A DNA stretch of 64,000 nucleotides from an uncultured Fibrobacteria bacterium. Its GTDB lineage: Bacteria > Fibrobacterota > Fibrobacteria > UBA11236. The notes below the pieces were generated by a model. The model ran no database searches. It had not been told where the DNA came from and worked only from the letters and a program-made list of their open reading frames with translations. The stretch lies in the NCBI GenBank assembly GCA_963716395.1, contig OY970309.1, forward strand, positions 480,001-544,000, read 5' to 3'. This document shows positions 54,201 to 63,005 of the stretch, in pieces. The position numbers and the translations under genes are program-made. Positions within the stretch are counted from its first letter, which is position 1. The number at the start of each line of letters is the position of its first letter.

Positions 54201-54508
54201 CCCCACACCGTGTTTCCGGGCGCGTTGCGAAAATCGAAATTGTCGTTCCCGTATTGGGCCAAACCGGTGATGGTGTAAGTGTACCAGTTCGTCGTTCCTT
54301 CCTGGGTCATGGGCGTGGGGCCGTAGTTAACATCGAAAGACGGCACCGAAGGCGAGAACAAGATGAAGGGGTTATAGACGTGAACGATTTTCCCATTCAG
54401 GGCGTTGAGAGAATCTTGCGCAAAAACCGGGCGGCTTAATACGGCTGAAAATAAGGCCAGGCAAAAACCAACAGGCCAAAGTTTATCCACAATACTCAAA
54501 TTTCTCAT
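51263..54508 (-). CDS. Fibro-slime (PA14) domain protein
   Basis: FFPIDD, HNFGFCME, FRGDDDVWVFINNKLALDLGGRH, DFFYCER; D-x-NADG-x-AD repeat; C-terminal FTNLG...WN...IGTGAYI. Confidence 0.92.
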   Translation of the reverse strand: MRNLSIVDKLWPVGFCLALFSAVLSRPVFAQDSLNALNGKIVHVYNPFILFSPSVPSFDVNYGPTPMTQEGTTNWYTYTITGLAQYGNDNFDFRNAPGNTVWGKNGFGTNSTFSIADFQGASEIWIITDPSGPDSAAPLILTHAPELVHILNPWPLDGPEIVINGKTDSMLLDQGHCNWFSQYILTSDTVGAYFISVSSPDSTWGKAGYGDKSPIDLTAAFAKYGNELWINSENGTITAAFPNIEGICSYLMAATVHDMSAHYNPDYGPGSVGNGGNGPTLGMVENQLGADQKPVPTATTLAQSHFQTWFNSDSTIPMPYKGYQTCVDLPMGKAGNGEWQYDSYNNSNHSFFPIDDFNKLDANDTGACYDSRSGGGWPPADSLAHNFGFCMETHATFIYKPGQVFQFRGDDDVWVFINNKLALDLGGRHVDLPGSIDLDQQGLTPGQKYNWDFFYCERQKCASSLLIKTSIYFNQLHELDVKPGVLQPDGSILYTVFKRNGGTGSCESSADSLVTESAPASLVYTLYPVNSSTAIQNLTDSVTFGGIRISTPNIYVDTSKIRGLAPGTYRIVTYEPTNTKVLAQITFTVSAHNFVELVPAVVDTSIGTLVPVVAENWNGAVVDSAASAYQIVIPPGLLVYHDQAKTTPVANLAILTTKATGFDTLWATGDPNALTDSTYKMNTLGSAKQVTLTFRLPPIILPKVVAAGVYDDNADGIADRISVTFDSSIAADLPKQVSYQWPGAASPVVVTQANLAADLDSGASGNTLTFKGVFTAAVQTSGAGTFKFTYPARGKDSTQSVPIQDRMAPIVLSAELLPGNTMDTLRVVLSEGIATNALQSPMGNLFQFKTALDSAGQFMPPQSLSWGAGDSIALLGYAPGQTPAPIPGDLVRIAPGPGGVADAGGNVAGANARYRAITGTTLSTLETVTLNRGVEIPEALRLAPAILPIRAELTDSARSIETRTGRMGHLIKTDLADYLIHDDFTSVDISNVRLDYDVAYFTNLGAYVNSGSGEIKCTDAIFEGDCTLHRGYVFIGWNYTSKHGERIGTGAYIARIHYQIIVNNTVMPYSRTEIWGIVRED

Positions 54509-54829
54509 ACTTGCTTCCGGAATACAGGCGCCCCGAACCTGTATTCTCTTTGTGTCTTTCTTGCCGAGGTAAGTTCATGCCCGAAGGCGGCGTTTTTTCG
54601 CACACCCTGCCGCCCGGCCTACCGCCATAACCGGTCGGTAAGCGCATCGTTGCGGATTCTCGGTCGGCCTCCGTCTTCGACCTCCCCCGACCGCCTCGGG
54701 AGCCAGGCTCAGACTTCGCGCCAAAAACGAACGGCATGCGAAGCGTCCCGGCCGGAATGGCGCGAGTTTATATTTGCCACCCGAACTTCATCCGGCCTGG
54801 GCGGCCGATTCAATCAGGGGAAAAACATC

Positions 54830-56089
54830 ATGCCAGAGGCAGTCGCCATCCCGGCCAGCGGGAAAAAAGTCAATGTCAAGCGCGCGCTCGCAGCCGGGGA
54901 GGGCGTGCTGCGCCTGGCCCCATGCTGGGTGCCGCGCGTGTTCATGATTCCGGGCCGCCGCATCAAGCTCCATCCCGACGATGTCTACGCGCTCGGCGCC
55001 CATCGCGGCGGCATCTGCGAGCGCTGGTTCGCGTCGACCACCGAAGCGGGCAATGAGAATCGCGCCGACGACGAGGGCCTGTCTTACGTCGTTCACGAAG
55101 GCCAACGCATCACCTTGCTGGAGGCCGTCGCCGCCGAAGGCGTGAGTCTCATCGGCAAGAAGATGTGGGATAAGTACCAGCGCTGGCCGGTGTACTCCAA
55201 GTTTTTCGACAACCAGGGGCCTATCGCCCATCACATGCACCAAAGCCCCGAGCAGGCCAAGGCCGTGGGCCGCGAAGGCAAACCCGAGGGCTATTACTTT
55301 CCGCCGCAGTTGAATTCCATCGGGAATAACTTCCCGCATACTTACTTCGGGCTCGAACCCGGGGTGACCAAGGCCGACGTGCGCCGTTGCCTGGAAGACT
55401 GGAACAAGGGCGACAACGGGCTCCTCGATTTGGCCAAGGCCTATCGCCTCAAGCCCGGCACGGGCTGGCATGTGCCCGCGCGCATTCTACACGCGCCCGG
55501 TTCCTTCGTGACCTTCGAACCCCAATGGGGCAGCGACGTGTTCGCGTATTATCAGAGCATGGTGGAAGGGCGCGCCATCGACTGGGAATTGCTGGCCAAG
55601 GACTTTCCGCCCGAGCGCCGCTTCGACCTCGACTTTCTCGTCGACCAACTCGATTGGGAAGCGAATCTCGACACCCATTTCCGCGATCACCATTATCTCG
55701 AGCCCATTCCCGCGGCCGACTCGGCGGCGGAAGGCTGGGCGGACAAGTGGGTGGTGTACGGGAAGTTCGACGGCCAGGAGCTGTTCACGGCCAAGGAAAC
55801 CACTTTGATGCCCGGCGTAAAGACCACCATCAAAGATGGCGGCGCCTACGGCCTCATCTGCGTGCAGGGCGTGGGCCGGGCCAACAAGCTGTGGCTGCAA
55901 AGCCCGTCGATGATTCGCTTCGGCGAAATGACCGAAGACGAAGCCTTCGTGTCGCATGACGCCGCGGTGCAGGGAGTGGCCTTCGAGAACATCGGCACCG
56001 AGCCCTTGGTCATCCTGCGGTACTTCGGGCCCGATTCGTGTCCCGATGCGCCCAACACCGGCGCTTTCAAGACCCGTACACGGGGCTGA
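54830..56089 (+). CDS. Cupin protein resembling type I mannose-6-phosphate isomerase (cytoplasmic)
   Basis: ERWFAS, KFFDN..IAHHMHQ, GKPEGYYF, LHAPG, EPQWGSD; AGGGG RBS. Confidence 0.65.
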   Translation: MPEAVAIPASGKKVNVKRALAAGEGVLRLAPCWVPRVFMIPGRRIKLHPDDVYALGAHRGGICERWFASTTEAGNENRADDEGLSYVVHEGQRITLLEAVAAEGVSLIGKKMWDKYQRWPVYSKFFDNQGPIAHHMHQSPEQAKAVGREGKPEGYYFPPQLNSIGNNFPHTYFGLEPGVTKADVRRCLEDWNKGDNGLLDLAKAYRLKPGTGWHVPARILHAPGSFVTFEPQWGSDVFAYYQSMVEGRAIDWELLAKDFPPERRFDLDFLVDQLDWEANLDTHFRDHHYLEPIPAADSAAEGWADKWVVYGKFDGQELFTAKETTLMPGVKTTIKDGGAYGLICVQGVGRANKLWLQSPSMIRFGEMTEDEAFVSHDAAVQGVAFENIGTEPLVILRYFGPDSCPDAPNTGAFKTRTRG

Positions 56090-56137
56090 AAGGCCGGCCG
56101 CCCACGTACCGGATCGGAGTGCAAGTTAACCTTGCGG

Positions 56138-57646
56138 TTAAAACATGCGCAGGGTCGCCTGCAGCCCGAATTCCAATCCCGTGATATCTTCGCTGCGGGA
56201 GGTCGGAAGCACCGATTCTTTGCGGCCAGGAAAACTGAGCAAGCCGTCGAGGTTCAAGCGTTTTTCCAGGAATCCCGCCCCGAGGCCCACATGAAAACTG
56301 CTGTAGTCCACGGGATGACCCGGGTCCGGCGCGCTGAAGCCGCTGCGGCCGGAAGCCTGAGAGGTGAGTAGGAACGGATCGAATTGATAATCCTCGTAGC
56401 CGGGATCCGTGCCATCCTCCTGGCGATATGTCCATCCCACGCGCACGGCGAGGGTGATGCCGGAAGGGATGCGCAAAGCCTCGATTTGTTCCAGGTGATT
56501 TTCCACCCCGAGGGAGAAACGGGAATAGCTCCGATCCACCGTGGTGTCGGATTGGAAGGTATGACCGGCGGTTTCCCATTCCCACAGCAAATCCACCATT
56601 TCCCGGTATGCGAAAGTTCCGCCCAACCCGAAATCGTTAATATCATGCGTCCAGGCCATGCCGTCGATTTCCGCGCCTTTTTTGAAAGGATTTTGGTTGC
56701 CCTTAATGCCAACATAACCCTGGGCGTTTTCCGAGGCATGCGCAAAGCGCAGAGCCGGCTGAATGTGAAAATCATTCCATTGCCAGGTATACAGCCACTG
56801 GGTTTGCAAATCCCAGGTTCCCGTCCAGATGGTCGGATACACCACTCCGGGTTGATTGACTTGCCGGTATTCTCCGAATTGCCGATTTGTGCCGAACTCC
56901 AACACCACGTTGCCGGTCAGCGGCGTGCCGCGCAAGCTGTCGATGTCGGCCAAAAACCCAAAGCGCGGCAGGGTTAAAGTGGCCACGCGTTCCAGGGTAC
57001 CGTTCACGTTTTGCAAGCTGTCGAAGAGGCCGGAAAAACCTACGAACCCCCCCACTTCCACGTCGCGGATGGGGCGGCTGGCCACGTCGAGACGCAGCGA
57101 AGGCACACCCAATAAAACCCGGTGATCGCCGCCGGGATAATCCAGGCCGCCCAGCAGGGCGTGTCCGCCGAAGCCGATGCGGAACAGGCCCGAGGCCGGC
57201 CCCGCGGCCAGGTCGAAGCCGAAAAGCGATTTGCCTTCGTCCAGAGTGTCGCCCAATGGAGACTGATATGATTCCGACTGGCGTTGGTAATACAGAATGG
57301 CGGCAAAAACTCCCGGCTGAAAAAAACCGACTTCGGGGAGGTAATAATTCTGATTCCCGATTTGCAAAGAGTCTCCGCTTGAGGAACGGCTGGAATTCAG
57401 CAAACCCAGTCCGACGCTTACATGCTCGGTATGGGTATCCAATAGGCCAATGGGCGATCCGCCTTGATCATAGAGGTTGTAAAGACTTGGGTCGGAAAAG
57501 CGCATTTCTCCCAAGGCGATGTTGCGCAAGTCGGTGGCGCTGGAAGCGCCTTGGTTGGCCGGACCCGCATCGGGGTAAACCCCGGCAAACAGCGGAAGAG
57601 CGGCCAACGCATTCAGCAATGCAAGGCGGATGAATGGTTTTGACAT
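56138..57646 (-). CDS. Hypothetical secreted protein, probable outer-membrane beta-barrel
   Basis: Signal peptide ending LFA; amphipathic strands; C-terminus GLEFGLQATLRMF; AGGA RBS. Confidence 0.65.
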   Translation of the reverse strand: MSKPFIRLALLNALAALPLFAGVYPDAGPANQGASSATDLRNIALGEMRFSDPSLYNLYDQGGSPIGLLDTHTEHVSVGLGLLNSSRSSSGDSLQIGNQNYYLPEVGFFQPGVFAAILYYQRQSESYQSPLGDTLDEGKSLFGFDLAAGPASGLFRIGFGGHALLGGLDYPGGDHRVLLGVPSLRLDVASRPIRDVEVGGFVGFSGLFDSLQNVNGTLERVATLTLPRFGFLADIDSLRGTPLTGNVVLEFGTNRQFGEYRQVNQPGVVYPTIWTGTWDLQTQWLYTWQWNDFHIQPALRFAHASENAQGYVGIKGNQNPFKKGAEIDGMAWTHDINDFGLGGTFAYREMVDLLWEWETAGHTFQSDTTVDRSYSRFSLGVENHLEQIEALRIPSGITLAVRVGWTYRQEDGTDPGYEDYQFDPFLLTSQASGRSGFSAPDPGHPVDYSSFHVGLGAGFLEKRLNLDGLLSFPGRKESVLPTSRSEDITGLEFGLQATLRMF

Positions 57647-57740
57647 GGGTTTGTTCCTGGTAGTGAGGATCCGGAGTGACGCCCGTTCGCGCCCCGCAGT
57701 TTCGAACATAACATTCCCTTCGCCGGTCCGGCCCCGCCGG

Positions 57741-59153
57741 TTAACGGCTTTCCGCCGTCGTGGAACTCTGTTTCACCCGTATCTCCGAAGTAACGGGCCG
57801 CGGCCCCACGGGCGCGCCTGCGGAAACCTTTTTCCCGTCCACCGAAAAAATTTGTTCCTCCGTGGCCGCGGGTAAACCGTTGCCCGGTAATTGCCGCGCG
57901 GATCGTTGGGAAAAGATGGGGTTGAGGACGGGAACGGGGGAAGTCAGGGCCCGGTAAATGACGTGCGCCAACGTATCCTGACCCTGGGCGTTGGGGTGCA
58001 CCCCGTCGGCGAAATCAGAGGACAGGCTTCGGCAGGGCGTGTTGAGATCGATCACCTGCAAGGCTTTAGCCGCGGCCACCTGCTTGATGTCGGGAAGGAT
58101 GTACTTGGTCAGGATGGAATCGACGATGCCGTAGCCGTTGGCGGAGATGGGGGGCGGCAGGCACAGCCAGATTTGCGGATGCGAAGAAATGCCCTGCAAG
58201 GTATCCACCATCGCCGTGAGATCCGCCACAAATTGCGACCCGTATTTCCAGTTTTGCGACTTGGTGTCGTTGGTGCCGAGCATGAGGGTGATGACGTTGG
58301 GCTGGAAGGCGAAGGTGTTTTTCAACAATCCCTGGGTCCAATACGGCATGTCGCCTTGCTTGAGCAAGGTGGTGCCGCTCACCCCGTCGTTTTGCGTCAG
58401 ATAACTTGGGCCGAAGAGCATGTTCAATTGCGAGGTGTAAGAATCGGCGCCTTGCGCCCCGGACACGGTACCGACATATTGGGTGATGCTGTTGCCGATG
58501 CAAGCCACGCGCGTCACCTGGGTGGAATAGCCGCGGTAAAAGGCCGCGGCCAGGGAATCGGAACCGGCCGCCGTGGGGTGGACGCCGTCGGAGGTCAGGT
58601 CGGATCGGCCCTGCAAAGAGGTGTTGACGTCTATCACCTTCAACCCTTTGGCCGCGGCCACCTGCTTGATGTCGGGAATGATGTACTTGGTCAGGATGGA
58701 ATCGGCTATGCCGTAGGAATTCGCAAAGATGGGGGGCGGCAGGCATAACCATATTTTGGGATGCGAGGAAATGCCCTGCAACGTATCGACCATCGCCGTC
58801 AGATCCGTCACGAATTGCGACCCGTATTTCCAGTTCTGCGACTTGGTATCGTTGGTACCGAGCATGATGGTGATCAGGCCGGGCTGGAAGGAGAAAACGT
58901 TATTCAACAGTCCCTGCGTCCAATAAGGCATGTCGCCTTGTTTGAGCAAGGTGGTGCCGCTCACCCCGTCGTTCTGCACCGAGAACTGCGGCCCGAGCAA
59001 GGTAGCGAGCCGGGGCGCATAGGCCAGGCTTACCTGCGGATAGCCGGCGGTGATGCTGTTTCCGATACACGCCCATTTGATGGGTTTCGCCACCTGGGCC
59101 GGGGAAACAACCGCTCCCGCCAACAAAAGCAAAACCATCTGTGAGAGTCGCAC
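57741..59153 (-). CDS. Secreted tandem SGNH/GDSL esterase (two catalytic domains)
   Basis: Two copies of ACIGNSIT, NDGVSG, MLGTND and DGVHP; short tail FSVDGKK. Confidence 0.9.
   Translation of the reverse strand: MRLSQMVLLLLAGAVVSPAQVAKPIKWACIGNSITAGYPQVSLAYAPRLATLLGPQFSVQNDGVSGTTLLKQGDMPYWTQGLLNNVFSFQPGLITIMLGTNDTKSQNWKYGSQFVTDLTAMVDTLQGISSHPKIWLCLPPPIFANSYGIADSILTKYIIPDIKQVAAAKGLKVIDVNTSLQGRSDLTSDGVHPTAAGSDSLAAAFYRGYSTQVTRVACIGNSITQYVGTVSGAQGADSYTSQLNMLFGPSYLTQNDGVSGTTLLKQGDMPYWTQGLLKNTFAFQPNVITLMLGTNDTKSQNWKYGSQFVADLTAMVDTLQGISSHPQIWLCLPPPISANGYGIVDSILTKYILPDIKQVAAAKALQVIDLNTPCRSLSSDFADGVHPNAQGQDTLAHVIYRALTSPVPVLNPIFSQRSARQLPGNGLPAATEEQIFSVDGKKVSAGAPVGPRPVTSEIRVKQSSTTAESR
58069..58973 (-). 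repeat. Intragenic direct duplication, 582-bp offset (about 58069-58391 vs 58651-58973)
   Basis: Near-identical DNA, e.g. cctgcttgatgtcgggaa, gatgtacttggtcaggatggaatcg and ttgagcaaggtggtgccgctcaccccgtcgtt in both copies. Confidence 0.9.
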
Positions 59154-59305
59154 GCTTTCCCCTTGTCTTCCCGTAGCTGCATCGGCCCTGTCGCCGGCTA
59201 AAAATAGCCGTTTTAACGCCGAACTTCCCGTCGCGCGGCCGAATTCCGGGACGCGGAATGATCCCCCGTCAACCGGATGGATCCTTCACGCGCCGGCAAA
59301 CTGCC

Positions 59306-60742
59306 TTATGGGTTGGAATCCTGCGGCGGGTTACCTGTGCCGATGCCGATCGGGGTTTTTCCCGGTACAACGAATACATCGGCTCCCGGGTTTCGGTGGG
59401 CGGTGAGAATGACCCGCTGCCCATTGAGCAGGTACAGCACATTTCCGAAGGGATTGGCGCCGAGCGGTTTGACCAGGGAATAGCCTTCTGCTTTCGGAAC
59501 GAGAATCATGGAAACGGTGCCGGCGGAGACCAAGGTGGTCACACTTTGCGCGTCCAGTGAGGTGGTGAAGGAATTGCTCGTGGCGGTAATGGCACCGTCG
59601 TCGCTGATGTTTTTGGAACTCGAGGTGGTGTACTTCTCCACGCTGGTCACCGTCGCGCCGGAATAGGTAAACGTTTGGCTTTTCGACGACGTCGCGTTGT
59701 TCACGGCCACGATGACGTTTTGCGCCCCCTTGAAGGCCACGACGTAGACGCCGGATTGCGGGTTGTAGGTGGCGCTGACGCGATAGAATCCCGGACGGAC
59801 CCATTTGGAAAATGAGGCCAGCACCCAACCGTACTTATTGGGAACACCGGCGGTCGAGATGATGCCGTTGCCGTTGGCGGTCATCCACCAGTACACATAG
59901 GCGTTAAAGTCGTTGTACATGCAATCCAGGATTTGCTTGGCCAGCACCATGATGCCGGCGGCGCTGTAATCGGTTGCATTCCATTCCGTCATCCACACAT
60001 GTTTGCCGAGGCTGATGGCTTTGGTATACACCTTCGGCTGCCCCCCGTACATATGCCCGCCGATATAGCTCACGTTCTTCGCCGCCGTGCTGTCGCCCAG
60101 CGTGGGATCGGAAAGCGCCCAGTTGAAACTCGCGGATTCCGGCATCATGATCGGCTTTCCGATCAGGGGAGCATAGGTTTTGCAGAAGTCCAGAAAATTC
60201 TGCGCGGTCCAGGAGCAGCCTTCATAATTGGCCTGCGCCGCATAATCGGGTTCGTTTTCCAAGGACATGATATCGATATTGGTGTTGCCCACATAGGTCC
60301 AGAAGGCTTTCATCCAGGCGGCAAAGCTGGCGAATTTGGCCGTATTGATGGAACCGTGTTCTTCGGGATGACCGGTGACCATATCGCCGTTATAGACTTT
60401 CAACGATTCGGGTGGCGACCAGGGCGTGGCGAATACCATGGCTCCGCGCGCTTTGGCAAACGTCGCATTGGACTTTTCATCGGCCCAAGTTGCCGTATTG
60501 GACGCGTCGGCATCATAGGCGATGCGGCAGCGAAGTATGGTCAGGCCGAGTTGATTGGCGCCGTTATTGAAAATGGCATCCATCAAAGAAGAGCTGAACG
60601 CGCCTTCCCAGGCGCTGCTGGCCCCGAAGCCGTCGATTTTTTGATCCGTACTATCAAAATTTACCGTAACGGCCTGGGCGAAGAGGATGGACGGTACGAA
60701 TAGAAATGCCGCGAGATTTCGCTTGGAAAATGCATTTGCCAT
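59306..60742 (-). CDS. Secreted GH30 (subfamily 8-like) xylanase
   Basis: QKIDGFGAS, LGLTILR, FATPWSPP, ENEPDY, PES, GGHMYG, WMTE, NAYVYWW, FSKWVRPG. Confidence 0.9.
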   Translation of the reverse strand: MANAFSKRNLAAFLFVPSILFAQAVTVNFDSTDQKIDGFGASSAWEGAFSSSLMDAIFNNGANQLGLTILRCRIAYDADASNTATWADEKSNATFAKARGAMVFATPWSPPESLKVYNGDMVTGHPEEHGSINTAKFASFAAWMKAFWTYVGNTNIDIMSLENEPDYAAQANYEGCSWTAQNFLDFCKTYAPLIGKPIMMPESASFNWALSDPTLGDSTAAKNVSYIGGHMYGGQPKVYTKAISLGKHVWMTEWNATDYSAAGIMVLAKQILDCMYNDFNAYVYWWMTANGNGIISTAGVPNKYGWVLASFSKWVRPGFYRVSATYNPQSGVYVVAFKGAQNVIVAVNNATSSKSQTFTYSGATVTSVEKYTTSSSKNISDDGAITATSNSFTTSLDAQSVTTLVSAGTVSMILVPKAEGYSLVKPLGANPFGNVLYLLNGQRVILTAHRNPGADVFVVPGKTPIGIGTGNPPQDSNP

Positions 60743-61110
60743 GATCTCCCCCTTGAGTCTTCGGGCCTATTTACCGGCGCGCCCAAGACTCTTGTTTAAA
60801 CGAGTAAATAGACAGCCTCTCAATGTGTCGAAAGAACACTTTTAATCGCATACTCGAAACAGGCCCTCAATATCGGTCAATATAAAGGTGGAAGAAAAAA
60901 ATGCCCGCCGATTTTTTTTAGCCCGAAGGGCGACCCGATTTGCGGGAATGGAAGAAGCCCTATCCGAAACGTATCAGTCTCTCGTCATCGTCGGTTCTCA
61001 AGCGGAGGCGAAACCTTCATACAGGCCCACCGGCTTGGAAACCGGTACGGCCCCGATCGGAAAAGCGACGCCCCGGCCGTCAGATACGCCGCGCCAACAG
61101 CGCCTTCCCG

Positions 61111-62604
61111 TCAGAACTGCGAGAAGAATTTCCAGGACTCCGCAGGAATCCAGTTTGTGTTGCTGCCGGGATCGTTGTTGATGTTCGTATGCAGTCCATT
61201 GAAGGTGCAGGCCTTGACGGGATATCCCGTCTTGCACCCTTGGAAGTCATAGCAGAGATGGGGGCCAGTCGTCCAGGTCGGGATATTCGACGGAACCACG
61301 CAGCCGTTGTCCGCTCCGCGCCCTAAGGCAATATATTTCGAGCCCTGGGTGGTGCTGGTCCCATTGACCCATGGACAAGTCCCATCGCTCATACCGGTTG
61401 TTTGCATCCAGGCGATGGGATCATGAGGCAGGGGATTGGGCAGATAGATGTTGTAATTGGCCGGGGCGATGCCCACGGCGGCGCGAATCCGGCTCTGAAA
61501 CGTCGTCGAAAGCGAATAGGTCATCATGCCGCCGAAGCTGAACCCCGTTGCGAAAACACGCGTGGTATCGATGCACAGATTCCCTTCGACATAGTCCAAG
61601 AGGTCGGAGAAAAAGATTTGATCGACGGGCGTATTGGTAGACCACGTTCCCCCGGGATTATTCGATAGTGTGGCATCTCCCGGTAGAGCCTGAGGCGCTA
61701 GGAAAATGGCGGGATCTTTATCGGCGGTCGCCGAATCCTTGAGCCAATAGTAGTCCTGGCCGACGACATCTTGCGCCTTTGCGCCAATCCAGTGGGAACA
61801 GTAAAAGAATTTATAGGGATGGTTCATGTCATAGTTGGTGGGGATGTCGATGATATACGTCCGCGTTTGGTTGGAGCTCGTAATCTTATAGGCGCCGGAT
61901 TTCAGCGATCCCAGCGGTTTGCCGCAACCGGCACTCAGCACCGGAGGGTTGTGCGGGCCGCCCCATCGATCAGAGGAATCCAGGGTCACGTTGATCGTCG
62001 TGTCAAAGGAAGAAAGGGCGATGGCTTGGGTCGCGAACCCGGAAGCCGAGACCTTGAGCGTGTCGACGGTGGCCGCCACCTTGGCCAAGGTGGCACCGGC
62101 TGGGGTGAACTTTCCCGTGAAACCCGTGACGCCGGCATTGCCTTCGAAATTTGGGAGATAGCGAAAGGTTTGCACCTGCGATCCCACCGTCGCCTTGACG
62201 ACCACCATGTTTTCCGCCGGGAGTCTTCCCGCCAGGTTCAGGTCATAAATCCCCGGTGAAGCCTTGTCCAGGGCCTCCCTCTCCAGGAGATTCCCCTTCA
62301 CGTCGAAGGTCTCCACCTTGACCGCCGACGACTTGCTCACGGCCAATTCCAGTACGCCTTTCTCGAAGGTGATCGTCGCGGGCGTTGCTCCCGAATTGCC
62401 CCGCACGGCGGTATTGTTCTTGGACAGAGAATACATCCCATCGGAACCCGTTGTGTCTTTCAAGCCTTGCTGCACCAACTGAACCACGGCGCTAATAACC
62501 GGCTGCCCGGCTGAATTGGAAATCTTGCCGTGCACATTGATGGTTTGAGCGTGGAGGGTTGACCCGCAAACGGCTATAAACCCGAAAGCGACAATTTTTC
62601 TCAT
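61111..62604 (-). CDS. Secreted alpha/beta esterase (fungal FAE/CE1-like or LpqP-like) with N-terminal beta-sandwich modules
   Basis: GAGG RBS; SAGCGK, RTYIIDIPTNYD, LCIDTTRVFATGFSFGG, GMSD, FNGLH, SWKFFSQF. Confidence 0.82.
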   Translation of the reverse strand: MRKIVAFGFIAVCGSTLHAQTINVHGKISNSAGQPVISAVVQLVQQGLKDTTGSDGMYSLSKNNTAVRGNSGATPATITFEKGVLELAVSKSSAVKVETFDVKGNLLEREALDKASPGIYDLNLAGRLPAENMVVVKATVGSQVQTFRYLPNFEGNAGVTGFTGKFTPAGATLAKVAATVDTLKVSASGFATQAIALSSFDTTINVTLDSSDRWGGPHNPPVLSAGCGKPLGSLKSGAYKITSSNQTRTYIIDIPTNYDMNHPYKFFYCSHWIGAKAQDVVGQDYYWLKDSATADKDPAIFLAPQALPGDATLSNNPGGTWSTNTPVDQIFFSDLLDYVEGNLCIDTTRVFATGFSFGGMMTYSLSTTFQSRIRAAVGIAPANYNIYLPNPLPHDPIAWMQTTGMSDGTCPWVNGTSTTQGSKYIALGRGADNGCVVPSNIPTWTTGPHLCYDFQGCKTGYPVKACTFNGLHTNINNDPGSNTNWIPAESWKFFSQF

Positions 62605-63005
62605 GGCGCACCTCAAAAAAATGTTTCTATCCGATTGACCGTTAATTTATGGAGCAATCACGGATTTCGCCTTCGGTTTTTTGACTAAAACGACATTTCC
62701 GGGATATCCGCCGCCTCAACACGGTTTCCATCGAATTCGGTGGCCAGCATTTCGATGTTTTAACGATTATTGGGGTGACCACCTGGAATGGAGCAAAAGA
62801 ACGATCGTCGTATCACCGGGTGCTTCCCTGTAGCGGCGTTGTTCTGCCGGTTCCACGGAATCGGTAGCCGGATAGCGCGCATTGCTTGAAATCCCAGCGG
62901 TAAAAAGTGAAACCAGCGGATAAATTTGCAGCAATGATCGGAGAAGATGGTTTGAAATCATGTAGGGCCGGATCCCGATTATCCTCTTCTTCCCCAAGAG
63001 ATTTT

